From Candidatus Nitrosopumilus koreensis AR1 (GTDB taxonomy: Archaea > Thermoproteota > Nitrososphaeria > Nitrososphaerales > Nitrosopumilaceae), in the NCBI RefSeq assembly GCF_000299365.1, contig NC_018655.1:420001-452000 (forward strand): a stretch of DNA of 32,000 bases, in the 5' to 3' direction. The position numbers were made by a program, and so were the translations under genes. Shown here piece after piece: positions 7,273 through 16,493 of the stretch; positions within the stretch are counted from its first letter, which is position 1; each line of letters starts with the position of its first letter. Below the pieces are notes generated by a model that had not been told where the DNA came from, searched no databases, and saw nothing but the letters and a program-made list of their open reading frames with translations.

Positions 7273-7914
7273 ATGGCAATGCCCACTGGTGATTCTATGA
7301 GAACTGGCGATGAGTCTGAGAGAACAACTGATGTGAATTCCTACCAGAGAACCTGTATGGACTTTATCGAAGACATCTCCCACGACTACGAGGCTTGGGT
7401 TGATTATTACAAACTGCCTGAGGATGAGGACAAAATACGAAGAAGTGGAATTCGTGCAACTATCACTAAAACAAATACTTGGATTGCCAAGGTTGCACAA
7501 TCAATCCCTGCAGTTGATGTTGTGATGAATGACGGCATTCAAAAGATGGCCGAATCCACTGCTGGAAAACCACTCCAAATTGGAGTGTTTGTAAACAAAA
7601 CTGCAAGCTATACTGAAGCAAAACCTGGCATAATTGATGTCAATGTAAAGGCTAGTGGAAGAGAGGGACGAAAGGTAAAACTTGGCTATCATTTCAAAGA
7701 TGACCGATTCCGTGTAGAGTCTACCTGTGGGGCATACATTGATGAATCCAATCTACCTACTGAAGAGTTTGACTTGATGGATATTCATCTAAAACTACGT
7801 GCAGAAAATGCAAAACAACGAGACGTTATTTCCTTTACAGTTACAGTTTATGAGATGGAGAACGGCGTTGAAACTGAAAAAAGAGGCCTAAGCACAATAG
7901 TACACATTGTTTGA
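7273..7914 (+). CDS. Hypothetical protein (213 aa)
   Basis: Long complete ORF; family not recognised. Confidence 0.75.
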   Translation: MAMPTGDSMRTGDESERTTDVNSYQRTCMDFIEDISHDYEAWVDYYKLPEDEDKIRRSGIRATITKTNTWIAKVAQSIPAVDVVMNDGIQKMAESTAGKPLQIGVFVNKTASYTEAKPGIIDVNVKASGREGRKVKLGYHFKDDRFRVESTCGAYIDESNLPTEEFDLMDIHLKLRAENAKQRDVISFTVTVYEMENGVETEKRGLSTIVHIV

Positions 7915-7924
7915 TTTGGAAATT

Positions 7925-10188
7925 TTATCTAACAGGCTGCATCTCTGATTCCATTGCTGGCTCTTCTAGATAATCAATAAACTTGCCAGTGTTTTCTAGT
8001 TTTATTGAATTGATTTCATTCAAATCCTCAAAGGAATTCATCTTCAAAAATCCTTGTGATGCTGTATACAACACATCATCGATGTAAAACGTCCTTGCAT
8101 CATTCATTCCATAGTATCTCCAGTCATTGTCTGAATGGGTGATTGTTCCTTTTGCATCGAATCCGTTTGTCTTATCCAAATCAAAACGTAAAATCCACTC
8201 CATCTGTTATAGTCTGGTGCAAACATTTTGGAGCTTGTAATGTCGTCTAGGCTTTTAACATCTGCACTTATTGGAATGGATAAAACATTTCTTGTTTTAT
8301 CAAAAAAGAATGCCTTGTGGTTGTGCAATGCTTCTGATTGAGTGGAACTGTCTCCAATTATGTAGTCATCTACAACTTTGGGGTTACTTACATCTGCCAC
8401 GTTGAATAATGCGATTTTGACACCCAATTGCTGAACTCTTCCATTGTCTGTTTCTTTAGTATCTCTTCCTATTCCTATGACATGTTCTTCATCATATGGG
8501 TGAAGATAGTTTGAAAATCCTGGAATCTTTAATTCTCCTAGTATTTTTGGTGTGTCTGTTGATAAATCAATTACAAAGAATGGGTCAATTTGCTGAAATG
8601 TTACCAAATAGAGCCTGTCTCCCATGAATCTTGATGAAAATATGCTCTCATCAGGTGCAATGTCTTCAAGTTCTCCTACTATGTTTAACTGCTCATCTAA
8701 GACATATACTGCATTTGATCTGACTGTTCCTTCATGTTGAATGTAGTATTCTGTGGTGGTTGCAACTCTGAATCTATCTCCTGACTCATCCATTGAGAAT
8801 TGATTTAGCAATCTTCCTGGGACTGTTCCCTTTGCAACATACTCTATTTTGTCTTCGTCAATTGAAATCTTATGAATAATTGTCTTTCTTGTATCTTCTT
8901 GAATTTTTGCATCGTACTCGTTTAATGCCTCTCTTATTTTCTCAAACAACTCTTCTCTTTCTTGTTTGTCCATCTTGTTGTAAGAGTCCTGCATCATTTC
9001 AGAAATCTTTGCCCATTGTTCTGATGTATTCAATGAAGAATTATTTTGGATTGATTTAATCTGATCTTGAATGCTGTTTGGTAGCAATGGTACGATTACA
9101 TCGTAGAATCTATCTCGTGATGAATTTTCATAAAATCCAAATGGCATATTTTGTTGATATGTTAAATAGAAATTATTCTCTGAAACATAAAATGAGCCAG
9201 TATATCCCATCAAGAAAGTTTCAGAATTTACTGTATCTCCAAATATATCAATTGCAGTAAGTGTGTTAAAGTTTGAAAATTCTTCTACATTGTCAAAGTA
9301 AAATGCATCTGGGGTCATGATTCTTACAGAATCTTCCATTATTACTGGTAGTCTTGGATATTGGTGATTGACATAGCTGTTTGTAACAAAATATGCGTAA
9401 TCTCCAATCATTCTGGCATCACTGAAATGACCATCAATGGAGTAATCTTTGAGAATGATTGGATTTTCCTTGTCTGATACATCTACGATTAATGCATGAG
9501 TGACTGGATTGTAAGAAGGTCTTGGAATAAAGTCAAACTGTGGTATTATTTCCTCATCGCTTTGTCCATTGTAAAATATCACCAATCTGTCACCATTGAG
9601 GAACATGTTGTGAATGTATTGCGATTCGATATCTAGAGCGATTTTGAGAATTAATTTTGCGTCTTCTGCAGGATATGCATCAATTATTGAAAGTGTGTTT
9701 CTTGAAACAATGTACACGTACTTTGAGTCGTTTTTGAGATAATCTGGCTCATCAACATTTTGCACTTGGACGTTTGTAGTGGAGTAGTCGGTTCCTCCCA
9801 TTTTAGAAACTCCGTCTCCTACACTTGGTTCTGCTGTTGGAACTGGTGCCTCTGTATTTTCTGCTGATTCAAACATTACCATATCCTCATCCATTGCCAT
9901 GTTTCTAACAACTCTGGTATCGTAGAATATTTCTCCTCCAAACATTGATGATGCTTCAAGTATGGATGCCAATTCTTCTTGTGATGCTATTTTCTTTATC
10001 TCGTTTGTTCCATCAAAAAACTCTGAAATTGATTTATCTACATAGATAACTTCTGGTTCTAAGGTCTCTGTAACTATTCTAATTTGGGGTTCTTGGTCAA
10101 AAGGTATAGCATACATGACTCCTGCTGTTACTATTACCGAAACGATTACTGCAATTGGAATTATTATTTTTGAGCTCATTTTCATCAT
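7925..10188 (-). pseudogene. Membrane-anchored/secreted C-terminal beta-propeller domain protein, split by an apparent 1-bp deletion (8104..10188 plus 7925..8203)
   Basis: N-terminal membrane segment, repeated beta-propeller strands (VSDKENPIILKDYSI, VADVSNPKVVDDY). Adding one T in the coding-strand T4 (plus-strand A4 at 8183-8186) converts GFYVLIWIRQT to GFYVFDLDKTNGFDAKGTITH, joining the second ORF. Confidence 0.75.
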
Positions 10189-10307
10189 CTTTTTTCATTC
10201 ATTTGTTTTAGTGGTTACTATTCTTTGGTAGTTGAAGATAAAAGGATTAGTGAAATTGAAATTTCACCAAACAACTTACATATTCGGGATTCTAATCATT
10301 CATCTTA

Positions 10308-11021
10308 ATGTCTGCTGAAAACCCTGATGATGGATTGACCGAAAAAATCAAAATTTTGGCTACGGATGATGAAAAAATAAAGTCATTTGGAGAGCTCTTT
10401 ACAAATGATTCTAGCCGTGAAATATTACAATTACTGTTTAATGAAGAATTAACTGCAAATCAGATTGCACAAAAAACTGACATCTCACTACAATTGGTAA
10501 AATACCATCTGAATAAACTACAAGATTTGGGTGTCGTAAAGATTACAAAGATTGAAAAAAACTCCAAATCTCAGGACATGAAAGTTTACTCTGCTACAAA
10601 ATTTAGTATTGTGATTGTTCCTCCAAAACTTTCTGAAAAAACTAAAGAAAGTAAATTACTTGTTCGCTCTTTTAGACACATCTACAAAGTAGCAGGATTT
10701 GCTATTGCAACTGGCGTTTCTGGATTGTTGTCTTTGTCTCAATTGCAAACAAAACCAATACCGGTAAGTGACACAAGACAATTTACTGCCCCTGAAGAAT
10801 TATCCAAACGATTAGAGTCTGCTGATGAATCAGCCAGTTCTATGATTGCTTCAGCGCCTGTAGCAGAATCTGAACCACAAGATTTTGCACAAGGCGGTTT
10901 AGACATTACAGAAACTACACTTGATTCTGGCATTGATCTGTTTATTCCATTTGTAATCATTACAATGATTCTTGGTGGATTGACCGCTTACTATGTGTGG
11001 AAGTACAAAAAATCTAATTAA
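10308..11021 (+). CDS. ArsR-type winged-helix regulator with C-terminal transmembrane segments
   Basis: SSREILQLLFNEELTANQIAQKTDISLQLVKYHLNKLQDLGVVKI; hydrophobic segments near the C-terminus (LFIPFVIITMILGGLTAYYVW). Divergent from the beta-propeller gene. Confidence 0.8.
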   Translation: MSAENPDDGLTEKIKILATDDEKIKSFGELFTNDSSREILQLLFNEELTANQIAQKTDISLQLVKYHLNKLQDLGVVKITKIEKNSKSQDMKVYSATKFSIVIVPPKLSEKTKESKLLVRSFRHIYKVAGFAIATGVSGLLSLSQLQTKPIPVSDTRQFTAPEELSKRLESADESASSMIASAPVAESEPQDFAQGGLDITETTLDSGIDLFIPFVIITMILGGLTAYYVWKYKKSN

Positions 11022-11335
11022 TCTAGAGTTACTTCTATTGTAACTCTTTTTTCTTTTGCTCTTTCCTCCCCGGGGTATTTTAATTCAGAAATTTTTTTAC
11101 TCAACTCTTCATCTGTAACTAGTTTTGCTTGTCCAAAAAACATTGAATCCTTGTATTGAATTTTGACTCGAGGGTTTGTTACTGCGTTTTGAAACCAGTC
11201 TCCGTCTGGCATGTGTCTGGAAAAATAGATTTTGCCATTATAATTCACTGCTCTTAACATTACTGCGTGCTCTTTTCCTGTTTTTCTTCCCTTTGTGATT
11301 AGAACTGGCCTGAACAGGTCTTCTGTAATCTTCAT
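11018..11335 (-). CDS. Deazaflavin-dependent nitroreductase/flavin-binding split-barrel-like protein
   Basis: TKGRKTGKEHAVMLRAVNYNGKIYFSRHMPDGDWFQNAVTNPRVKI resembles the family pattern. Confidence 0.55.
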   Translation of the reverse strand: MKITEDLFRPVLITKGRKTGKEHAVMLRAVNYNGKIYFSRHMPDGDWFQNAVTNPRVKIQYKDSMFFGQAKLVTDEELSKKISELKYPGEERAKEKRVTIEVTLD

Positions 11336-11423
11336 GCGTGATTTTCTTCTGTCAAGTAATTTAACCCCATTGCTAGAAATTTCTGATATTTGGTATGATA
11401 AGCAAATCTGAACATTTCAAGTC

Positions 11424-11876
11424 ATGTCAGTAAAACTAGAAGGAATGCCATCAAATCTGGCAACCGCAGATACTTTTACTGGAAAAAAAGTCATAGACAG
11501 AGAAGGAATAGAGTACGGCAAGGTCAAACATATTCACATCAACCAAGATACGCTTGTCGTATCCGGAGTTACAATCCATCAGGGATTTAACAAAGACTAT
11601 TTTCTCTCTGAAGATTACATTGACAAATTTGCTGAGGAGACACTACTTCTTAGCAGACCTCCTATCCGAACAGGAATTCCAGTAACTGATATTGACCGCC
11701 ATAAGATTGGCAAAGTAAAGAGATTGCATAGACATCCTGATACAAATGAATTAGAATCAATCGAAGTGTCTGATGGATTGATGCATTCTAAAATTCTGTC
11801 CAAATCGGAAATTTGGGGAATTGGCGAAAAAATCATTTTAAGAATGACTAAAGAAGAATTCAAGACTCTTGAATGA
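11424..11876 (+). CDS. PRC-barrel domain protein
   Basis: FTGKKVIDREGIEYGKVKHIHIN...and IPVTDIDRHKIGKVKRLHRHPDTNELESIEV motifs. Confidence 0.75.
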   Translation: MSVKLEGMPSNLATADTFTGKKVIDREGIEYGKVKHIHINQDTLVVSGVTIHQGFNKDYFLSEDYIDKFAEETLLLSRPPIRTGIPVTDIDRHKIGKVKRLHRHPDTNELESIEVSDGLMHSKILSKSEIWGIGEKIILRMTKEEFKTLE

Positions 11877-11904
11877 TTTTTTAATTTCTTTTTTTCAAAT
11901 ACCG

Positions 11905-12003
11905 CTATTCTGTCTTCTTGGCGCAGTTTTCACAAACAGGAATTCCCTCTTGTACTGTTACCTCGACATTTGATGAGTGACATTTCTGACATAATCCTTT
12001 CAT
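11905..12003 (-). CDS. 32-aa zinc-ribbon microprotein MKGLCQKCHSSNVEVTVQEGIPVCENCAKKTE
   Basis: Manual reverse-strand translation; paired CxxC knuckles 16 residues apart; complete ATG-TAG ORF in an otherwise unexplained gap. Confidence 0.65.
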   Translation of the reverse strand: MKGLCQKCHSSNVEVTVQEGIPVCENCAKKTE

Positions 12004-12071
12004 AAAAAAACTCTGAAATTACTCTTTAAATTTTTTTGTTGATTGTTGGTTGAATAATTAGCAATTTATAA

Positions 12072-13091
12072 TTGAAAAATGCGATCTATGTATTGTATTC
12101 AGTTGAGACAAAATCTCTAACAAAATCATTTGGTGATGTAACTGCTGTAGATGATATCTCTTTTACTGTTGAAACTGGCGAGATCTTTGGATTTCTTGGA
12201 CCTAATGGTGCAGGAAAAAGCACTACTATGATGATTCTGACAACTCTTCTAAAACCAACGTCTGGTCAAGCTTTGATTTCTGGGTGTGATGTTGTGGCTG
12301 ATGCAAAAAAGGTTAGAGAAAACATTGGATATGTACAACAAGAAACCACTGTAGATGAATATCTTACTGGACGTGAAAATCTTTTGTTGCAAGCAAAACT
12401 TAATCACATTCCAAAAAATGAGATTAATTCAAGAATAGATGAAGTTTTAGACTTGATTGAATTGTCTGACAAACAGAATGAGTCGGTTGTAACTTATTCT
12501 GGTGGAATGAGAAAGAGATTGGATATTGCAGGTGGGTTGTTACACCGGCCAAAAGTTTTGTTTCTAGATGAGCCTACTGTGGGACTTGATATCCAAACTA
12601 GGAGAAAAATCTGGGAATACATCAAAAAAATTCATGATGAGTTTGATATGACAATATTTCTTTCAACACATTACATGGAGGAAGCTGATCAACTATGTGA
12701 TAGAATTGGAATTATTGATGATGGTAAAATTCAGGTTATTGATTCCCCTGAAAACATGAAAAATGCTATGGGCAATGAAGTCATTTCAATTATGATTGAC
12801 AACGATGAAAATCGAGATTCATTCTTGTCTGAATTGCACGAAATAGAATCTGTTAACAAAATTACTGAAGATGGGTCTAAACTTACCCTCTTTGTATCAA
12901 ATGGAACTGAAGTAATTCCTAAAATATTTTCAATTTCTTCAGAGATTGGAATTAAAATTACTTCTATCTCATTAACTCAACCAACACTTGATGATGTTTT
13001 CATATCTTATACTGGTCATGAAATAAGAGATGATGATTCTACATTTAATCGAAAACGAGAACATGCAAAAATGAAGAGGTTACGCGCATGA
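12072..13091 (+). CDS. ABC transporter ATP-binding protein (DrrA-like)
   Basis: Walker A GPNGAGKST, signature YSGGMRKRL, Walker B VLFLDEPTVGLD. Confidence 0.95.
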   Translation: MKNAIYVLYSVETKSLTKSFGDVTAVDDISFTVETGEIFGFLGPNGAGKSTTMMILTTLLKPTSGQALISGCDVVADAKKVRENIGYVQQETTVDEYLTGRENLLLQAKLNHIPKNEINSRIDEVLDLIELSDKQNESVVTYSGGMRKRLDIAGGLLHRPKVLFLDEPTVGLDIQTRRKIWEYIKKIHDEFDMTIFLSTHYMEEADQLCDRIGIIDDGKIQVIDSPENMKNAMGNEVISIMIDNDENRDSFLSELHEIESVNKITEDGSKLTLFVSNGTEVIPKIFSISSEIGIKITSISLTQPTLDDVFISYTGHEIRDDDSTFNRKREHAKMKRLRA

Positions 13092-13873
13092 ATACTTTGA
13101 TGTATGATACTTATACAATTTTTTGGAGGGAACTAAAGAGATACAAAAAATCCCGTAGTGGTGTTTTGATTAGACTAATACAACCCGCAATTTGGATTAT
13201 CGTTATTGGAAACACATTCTCAGGTACTCAACCATTAATTCAATCAGTTGGATTTGAAGGTGAATATATTGAGTTTATGGCACCTGGTGTCATTATTCTT
13301 ACTGCAATTTTTACAAGCATTTTTGGTGGTGTCAATACTTTGTGGGATCGGCGTTATGGTTTTATGAACAAAGCTCTAACATCTCCGATTTCTCGTTCTG
13401 CTGTTGCACTTGGGAAGATGTCTGCAATATCTTTGATTGCAGCACTGCAGGCAAGTTTGATTTTAGGAATTGCATTGGCAATAGGTGTTACATTTCCAAA
13501 TCCAATAATGATTGCGCCAATAATGGCAATTGTAATTTTATTTTCTCTAGGATTTTCAGGAATATCTGTGATTGTTGCAGCTACAGCAAAGTCACAAGAA
13601 ACTTTCTGGGGTGTGATTAATTTTCTTGGTATGCCATTATTCATGCTGAGTCCTGCATTATTCCCATTAGAGCTCCTTCCTGACTGGCTTGCAACTATCG
13701 CAAAACTAAACCCTGTAACCTACACTGTTTTGCTTGTAAGGGAGATGATGACAGGTGTGTCTGAAGGAGGGGTGTCTGTACTACTCAGCCTTGGAATTAT
13801 AGTTGTCTTTGTATTGGTGATGGTTGGGCTTGCAAGCTATGTGTTTACACGTGAAGTCAACAAACCATTTTGA
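13088..13873 (+). CDS. ABC-2 type permease (DrrB-like)
   Basis: Overlaps the ATPase gene by 4 bp; multiple transmembrane segments; RLIQPAIWIIVIGNTF...GFEGEYIEFMAPGVI pattern. Confidence 0.9.
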   Translation: MNTLMYDTYTIFWRELKRYKKSRSGVLIRLIQPAIWIIVIGNTFSGTQPLIQSVGFEGEYIEFMAPGVIILTAIFTSIFGGVNTLWDRRYGFMNKALTSPISRSAVALGKMSAISLIAALQASLILGIALAIGVTFPNPIMIAPIMAIVILFSLGFSGISVIVAATAKSQETFWGVINFLGMPLFMLSPALFPLELLPDWLATIAKLNPVTYTVLLVREMMTGVSEGGVSVLLSLGIIVVFVLVMVGLASYVFTREVNKPF

Positions 13874-14010
13874 GATAAAGAGGTTCTGATGTAATTGATG
13901 GCAGTTCTGATAGTGCTAACTGTTATGATTCACTAGAAAACGTCATTTAGTTATAATGAATATTTTTCTCTTAATCTTTATTCTATTAATTTAGAATTTT
14001 TTTGTGATCT

Positions 14011-14024
14011 TTTCTATATAGAAC
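14011..14024. promoter_or_regulatory. TTTCTATATAGAAC motif, copy 1, containing the perfect palindrome TTCTATATAGAA
   Basis: Identical 14-mer to 15791-15804; lies upstream of the 14086 ORF. Confidence 0.55.
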
Positions 14025-14085
14025 CATGTTTTATTGGTAGAGAATGAGGATGTGATTTATAATGATTTTTTTTTTCTGAAAGTTA

Positions 14086-15717
14086 ATGACTATTAAAAAC
14101 GTACAACGCATTGCAGTGTTTAGCATTCTTGCAACGATTGCTTTTGCTACCTTTGCAAATTCTAACGTATTTGCTGAGGAAAGTGAAGGATACGATATGG
14201 TTGGAGATATCACTCCTGTACTGACTTTTACCTTCAGAGATGGAGTTGAAGTACATTCATTTCCTGTCTTTAACATGGGCGAAAATTTTGTAGATGACTC
14301 TGGGGTTTCTTTCTCTGTTGAAGGAATTGTTTCCAAATCCCCATTACTGCACAAAGCAATGGATGAGGCTTACAAATATCGATTTTCAAATAATGCATTT
14401 GATTATCAAATGAAATACTTTGATGTTGATGCTGATTTTGTTAGAGATGGCGAATCTGTAATATCATTGGACTATAACACTTGTAGAGTAGATAACTATC
14501 AGGTTGAAACACTTGATTCTAATGACTATGAAAGTTATTTCCAAGAAGTTGGATTCGCAGTTGTAGATAAGATAGATTTTGTATGTAGTGGTGTAAATTC
14601 CAATAATGACTTTGTAAAGCCAACTAACTCTCTCACTGATTTTGGTGATTCTGGATTTACTTTTGCAAAGAACACTAAAACTTCTGTAACCTTCATGTAT
14701 GATAATGGTGCAGAAAAAATAGAGTTTCCTGTGTTTAATCTAGTTTCAGCATATGAGGAATCTCAAGAGAATGTTGTTGCAGAATTTGAAGTGGAGGGTG
14801 TTTTAGAATACTATCCATTGCTGTACAAGGCAATTACTAATTCAAGAGCAATTTCTGGAACTTCTTATGCATCAAATGAGGATTTTGATGTTAAAGTAGA
14901 ATTTGTCAATGGTGAGAATATTCTTCGAGGATTTAATTTCCGAGAATGTATTGTAAGTGACGCTAAGATTGTCACAAAGGCTGACAAAGAAGAGGGCTTT
15001 ACTGGAAAGAGTGGATTTGTTATTGCTCATCAGTTAGGGTTCACATGTTCTGGACTTAAACCAGTAAACATGAACTATGATGAACTTCGAGGTGATACTC
15101 CTACTTGGAAAGTATCTCAACTTTCAAATGTCTATGTAGAATCTCTGCAAAACACTGCTCAAGGATTAGATGTGTTTACAACATTTACTTTTGCAAATGG
15201 TATTGAGACAATTGAGTTCTCAATGTTTAAGCAAAGTGAGGTGTTGACTTCAACTGAAAATGTTGATAATGAAAATGGTGACAAAGATGTTGCTGCACAA
15301 AAGTTTACAAGAAAAACTGTTGCACCTACAGTGGAATTGAGAGGAATTGTCGGTGACTATCCGATGTTGTATAAGCATGTAGATGACAACCGTAAAATCC
15401 AAAATGTAGCCGGAACTGCACTAAAAGATCTTGTAGATATTGACGTGGAAATTGTATCTGATGGTGAAGTAATTCGTGGATTCAATTATTCCAACTGTAG
15501 AGTGACTGACTATACTGTTGAAACAGATCCAAACAATGAAGAGAGTTACACCAAAAACAAGTTTGTATTAGAAAACATCTTTGACTTTGAATGCCAAGGA
15601 TACACTCCAAACAATCCAATCTATGATGCAATGTTCAAAACAGAATCTGCAAAAAATACAAGTTCTAAAGATCTCAGAAATACTCAAAACTGGGGTATAG
15701 GTTTCTACAAACAGTAG
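14086..15717 (+). CDS. Secreted protein with three tandem ~150-aa repeat domains
   Basis: N-terminal signal-like segment; three copies of FTFxxGxExxxFPVF...EGxxxxxPLLYKAxx...DxxVxFVxxGExxxRGxxYxxCxVxxxxVxT...DFxCxG. Confidence 0.8.
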   Translation: MTIKNVQRIAVFSILATIAFATFANSNVFAEESEGYDMVGDITPVLTFTFRDGVEVHSFPVFNMGENFVDDSGVSFSVEGIVSKSPLLHKAMDEAYKYRFSNNAFDYQMKYFDVDADFVRDGESVISLDYNTCRVDNYQVETLDSNDYESYFQEVGFAVVDKIDFVCSGVNSNNDFVKPTNSLTDFGDSGFTFAKNTKTSVTFMYDNGAEKIEFPVFNLVSAYEESQENVVAEFEVEGVLEYYPLLYKAITNSRAISGTSYASNEDFDVKVEFVNGENILRGFNFRECIVSDAKIVTKADKEEGFTGKSGFVIAHQLGFTCSGLKPVNMNYDELRGDTPTWKVSQLSNVYVESLQNTAQGLDVFTTFTFANGIETIEFSMFKQSEVLTSTENVDNENGDKDVAAQKFTRKTVAPTVELRGIVGDYPMLYKHVDDNRKIQNVAGTALKDLVDIDVEIVSDGEVIRGFNYSNCRVTDYTVETDPNNEESYTKNKFVLENIFDFECQGYTPNNPIYDAMFKTESAKNTSSKDLRNTQNWGIGFYKQ

Positions 15718-15780
15718 ATTCTTTTTTCTTTTATTTTTCATTTTAGAATTTTTATAATTGCGATCAGCTTGTTTTCTACT

Positions 15781-15811
15781 AACTATTGTGTTTCTATATA
15801 GAACAATAGTT
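15781..15811. promoter_or_regulatory. Near-complete palindrome AACTATTGT-GTTTCTATATAGA-ACAATAGTT containing motif copy 2 (15791-15804)
   Basis: 9-bp perfect outer arms around the TTCTATATAGAA palindrome, upstream of the DUF47/PiT operon. Confidence 0.6.
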
Positions 15812-15855
15812 TGTATGTTGACTACCCTTAACACTAATTCAATATTCCATGTATC

Positions 15856-16485
15856 ATGGGACAATGGCTGTCTTGGGTAAAATCCAATGAAAATGAAATT
15901 CTAAAAATTCTAGATGATTTGGCGTCAAAAGCAGTTGAAACTTCTGAAGCACTGGTTGAATATCTAAATGATTTAGGGAATTTAGAAAAAATGGAAAAAA
16001 TTCGTCGACTAGAAAGCGAAGGCGATGAATACACTCGTGAGATCTTTGCTGAACTAAACAAAACCTTCATCACTCCTTTAGATCGTGAAGACATGCAAAG
16101 AATAGCATCAAAAATTGATGATGTTATTGATTTTATTGATGGAATTGCTGCTAGATTATACAGCTACAAAATTGAAACTCCTCCTGCATTTACTAAAGAC
16201 ATGATTGAAGAACTCTCTAAGGCTACAAAAGAAGTTCAATACATGGTATCAAAACTAAGACGTATGAAAAACCCTCAAGACATGATCAACCACTGTAGAA
16301 ATACAAGCGATATTGAACACAAGGTTGATGATCTCTATAGAGATGCAATAAGAGAGTTGTTTGAAAGCAATGATGCAATCCATATCATAAAGCTAAAAGA
16401 TATCTATGAATCCATAGAAACTGCTTCTGATAGATGTGTTGATGTAGCAGATGTGGTTGAAGATATTGTTCTGAAATACACATAG
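15856..16485 (+). CDS. DUF47/PhoU-like phosphate transport regulator
   Basis: ADMQRIASKIDDVIDFIDGIAARLYSYK type motif (here EDMQRIASKIDDVIDFIDGIAARL); immediately upstream of a PiT transporter. Confidence 0.88.
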   Translation: MGQWLSWVKSNENEILKILDDLASKAVETSEALVEYLNDLGNLEKMEKIRRLESEGDEYTREIFAELNKTFITPLDREDMQRIASKIDDVIDFIDGIAARLYSYKIETPPAFTKDMIEELSKATKEVQYMVSKLRRMKNPQDMINHCRNTSDIEHKVDDLYRDAIRELFESNDAIHIIKLKDIYESIETASDRCVDVADVVEDIVLKYT

Positions 16486-16493
16486 GTGTTGGA

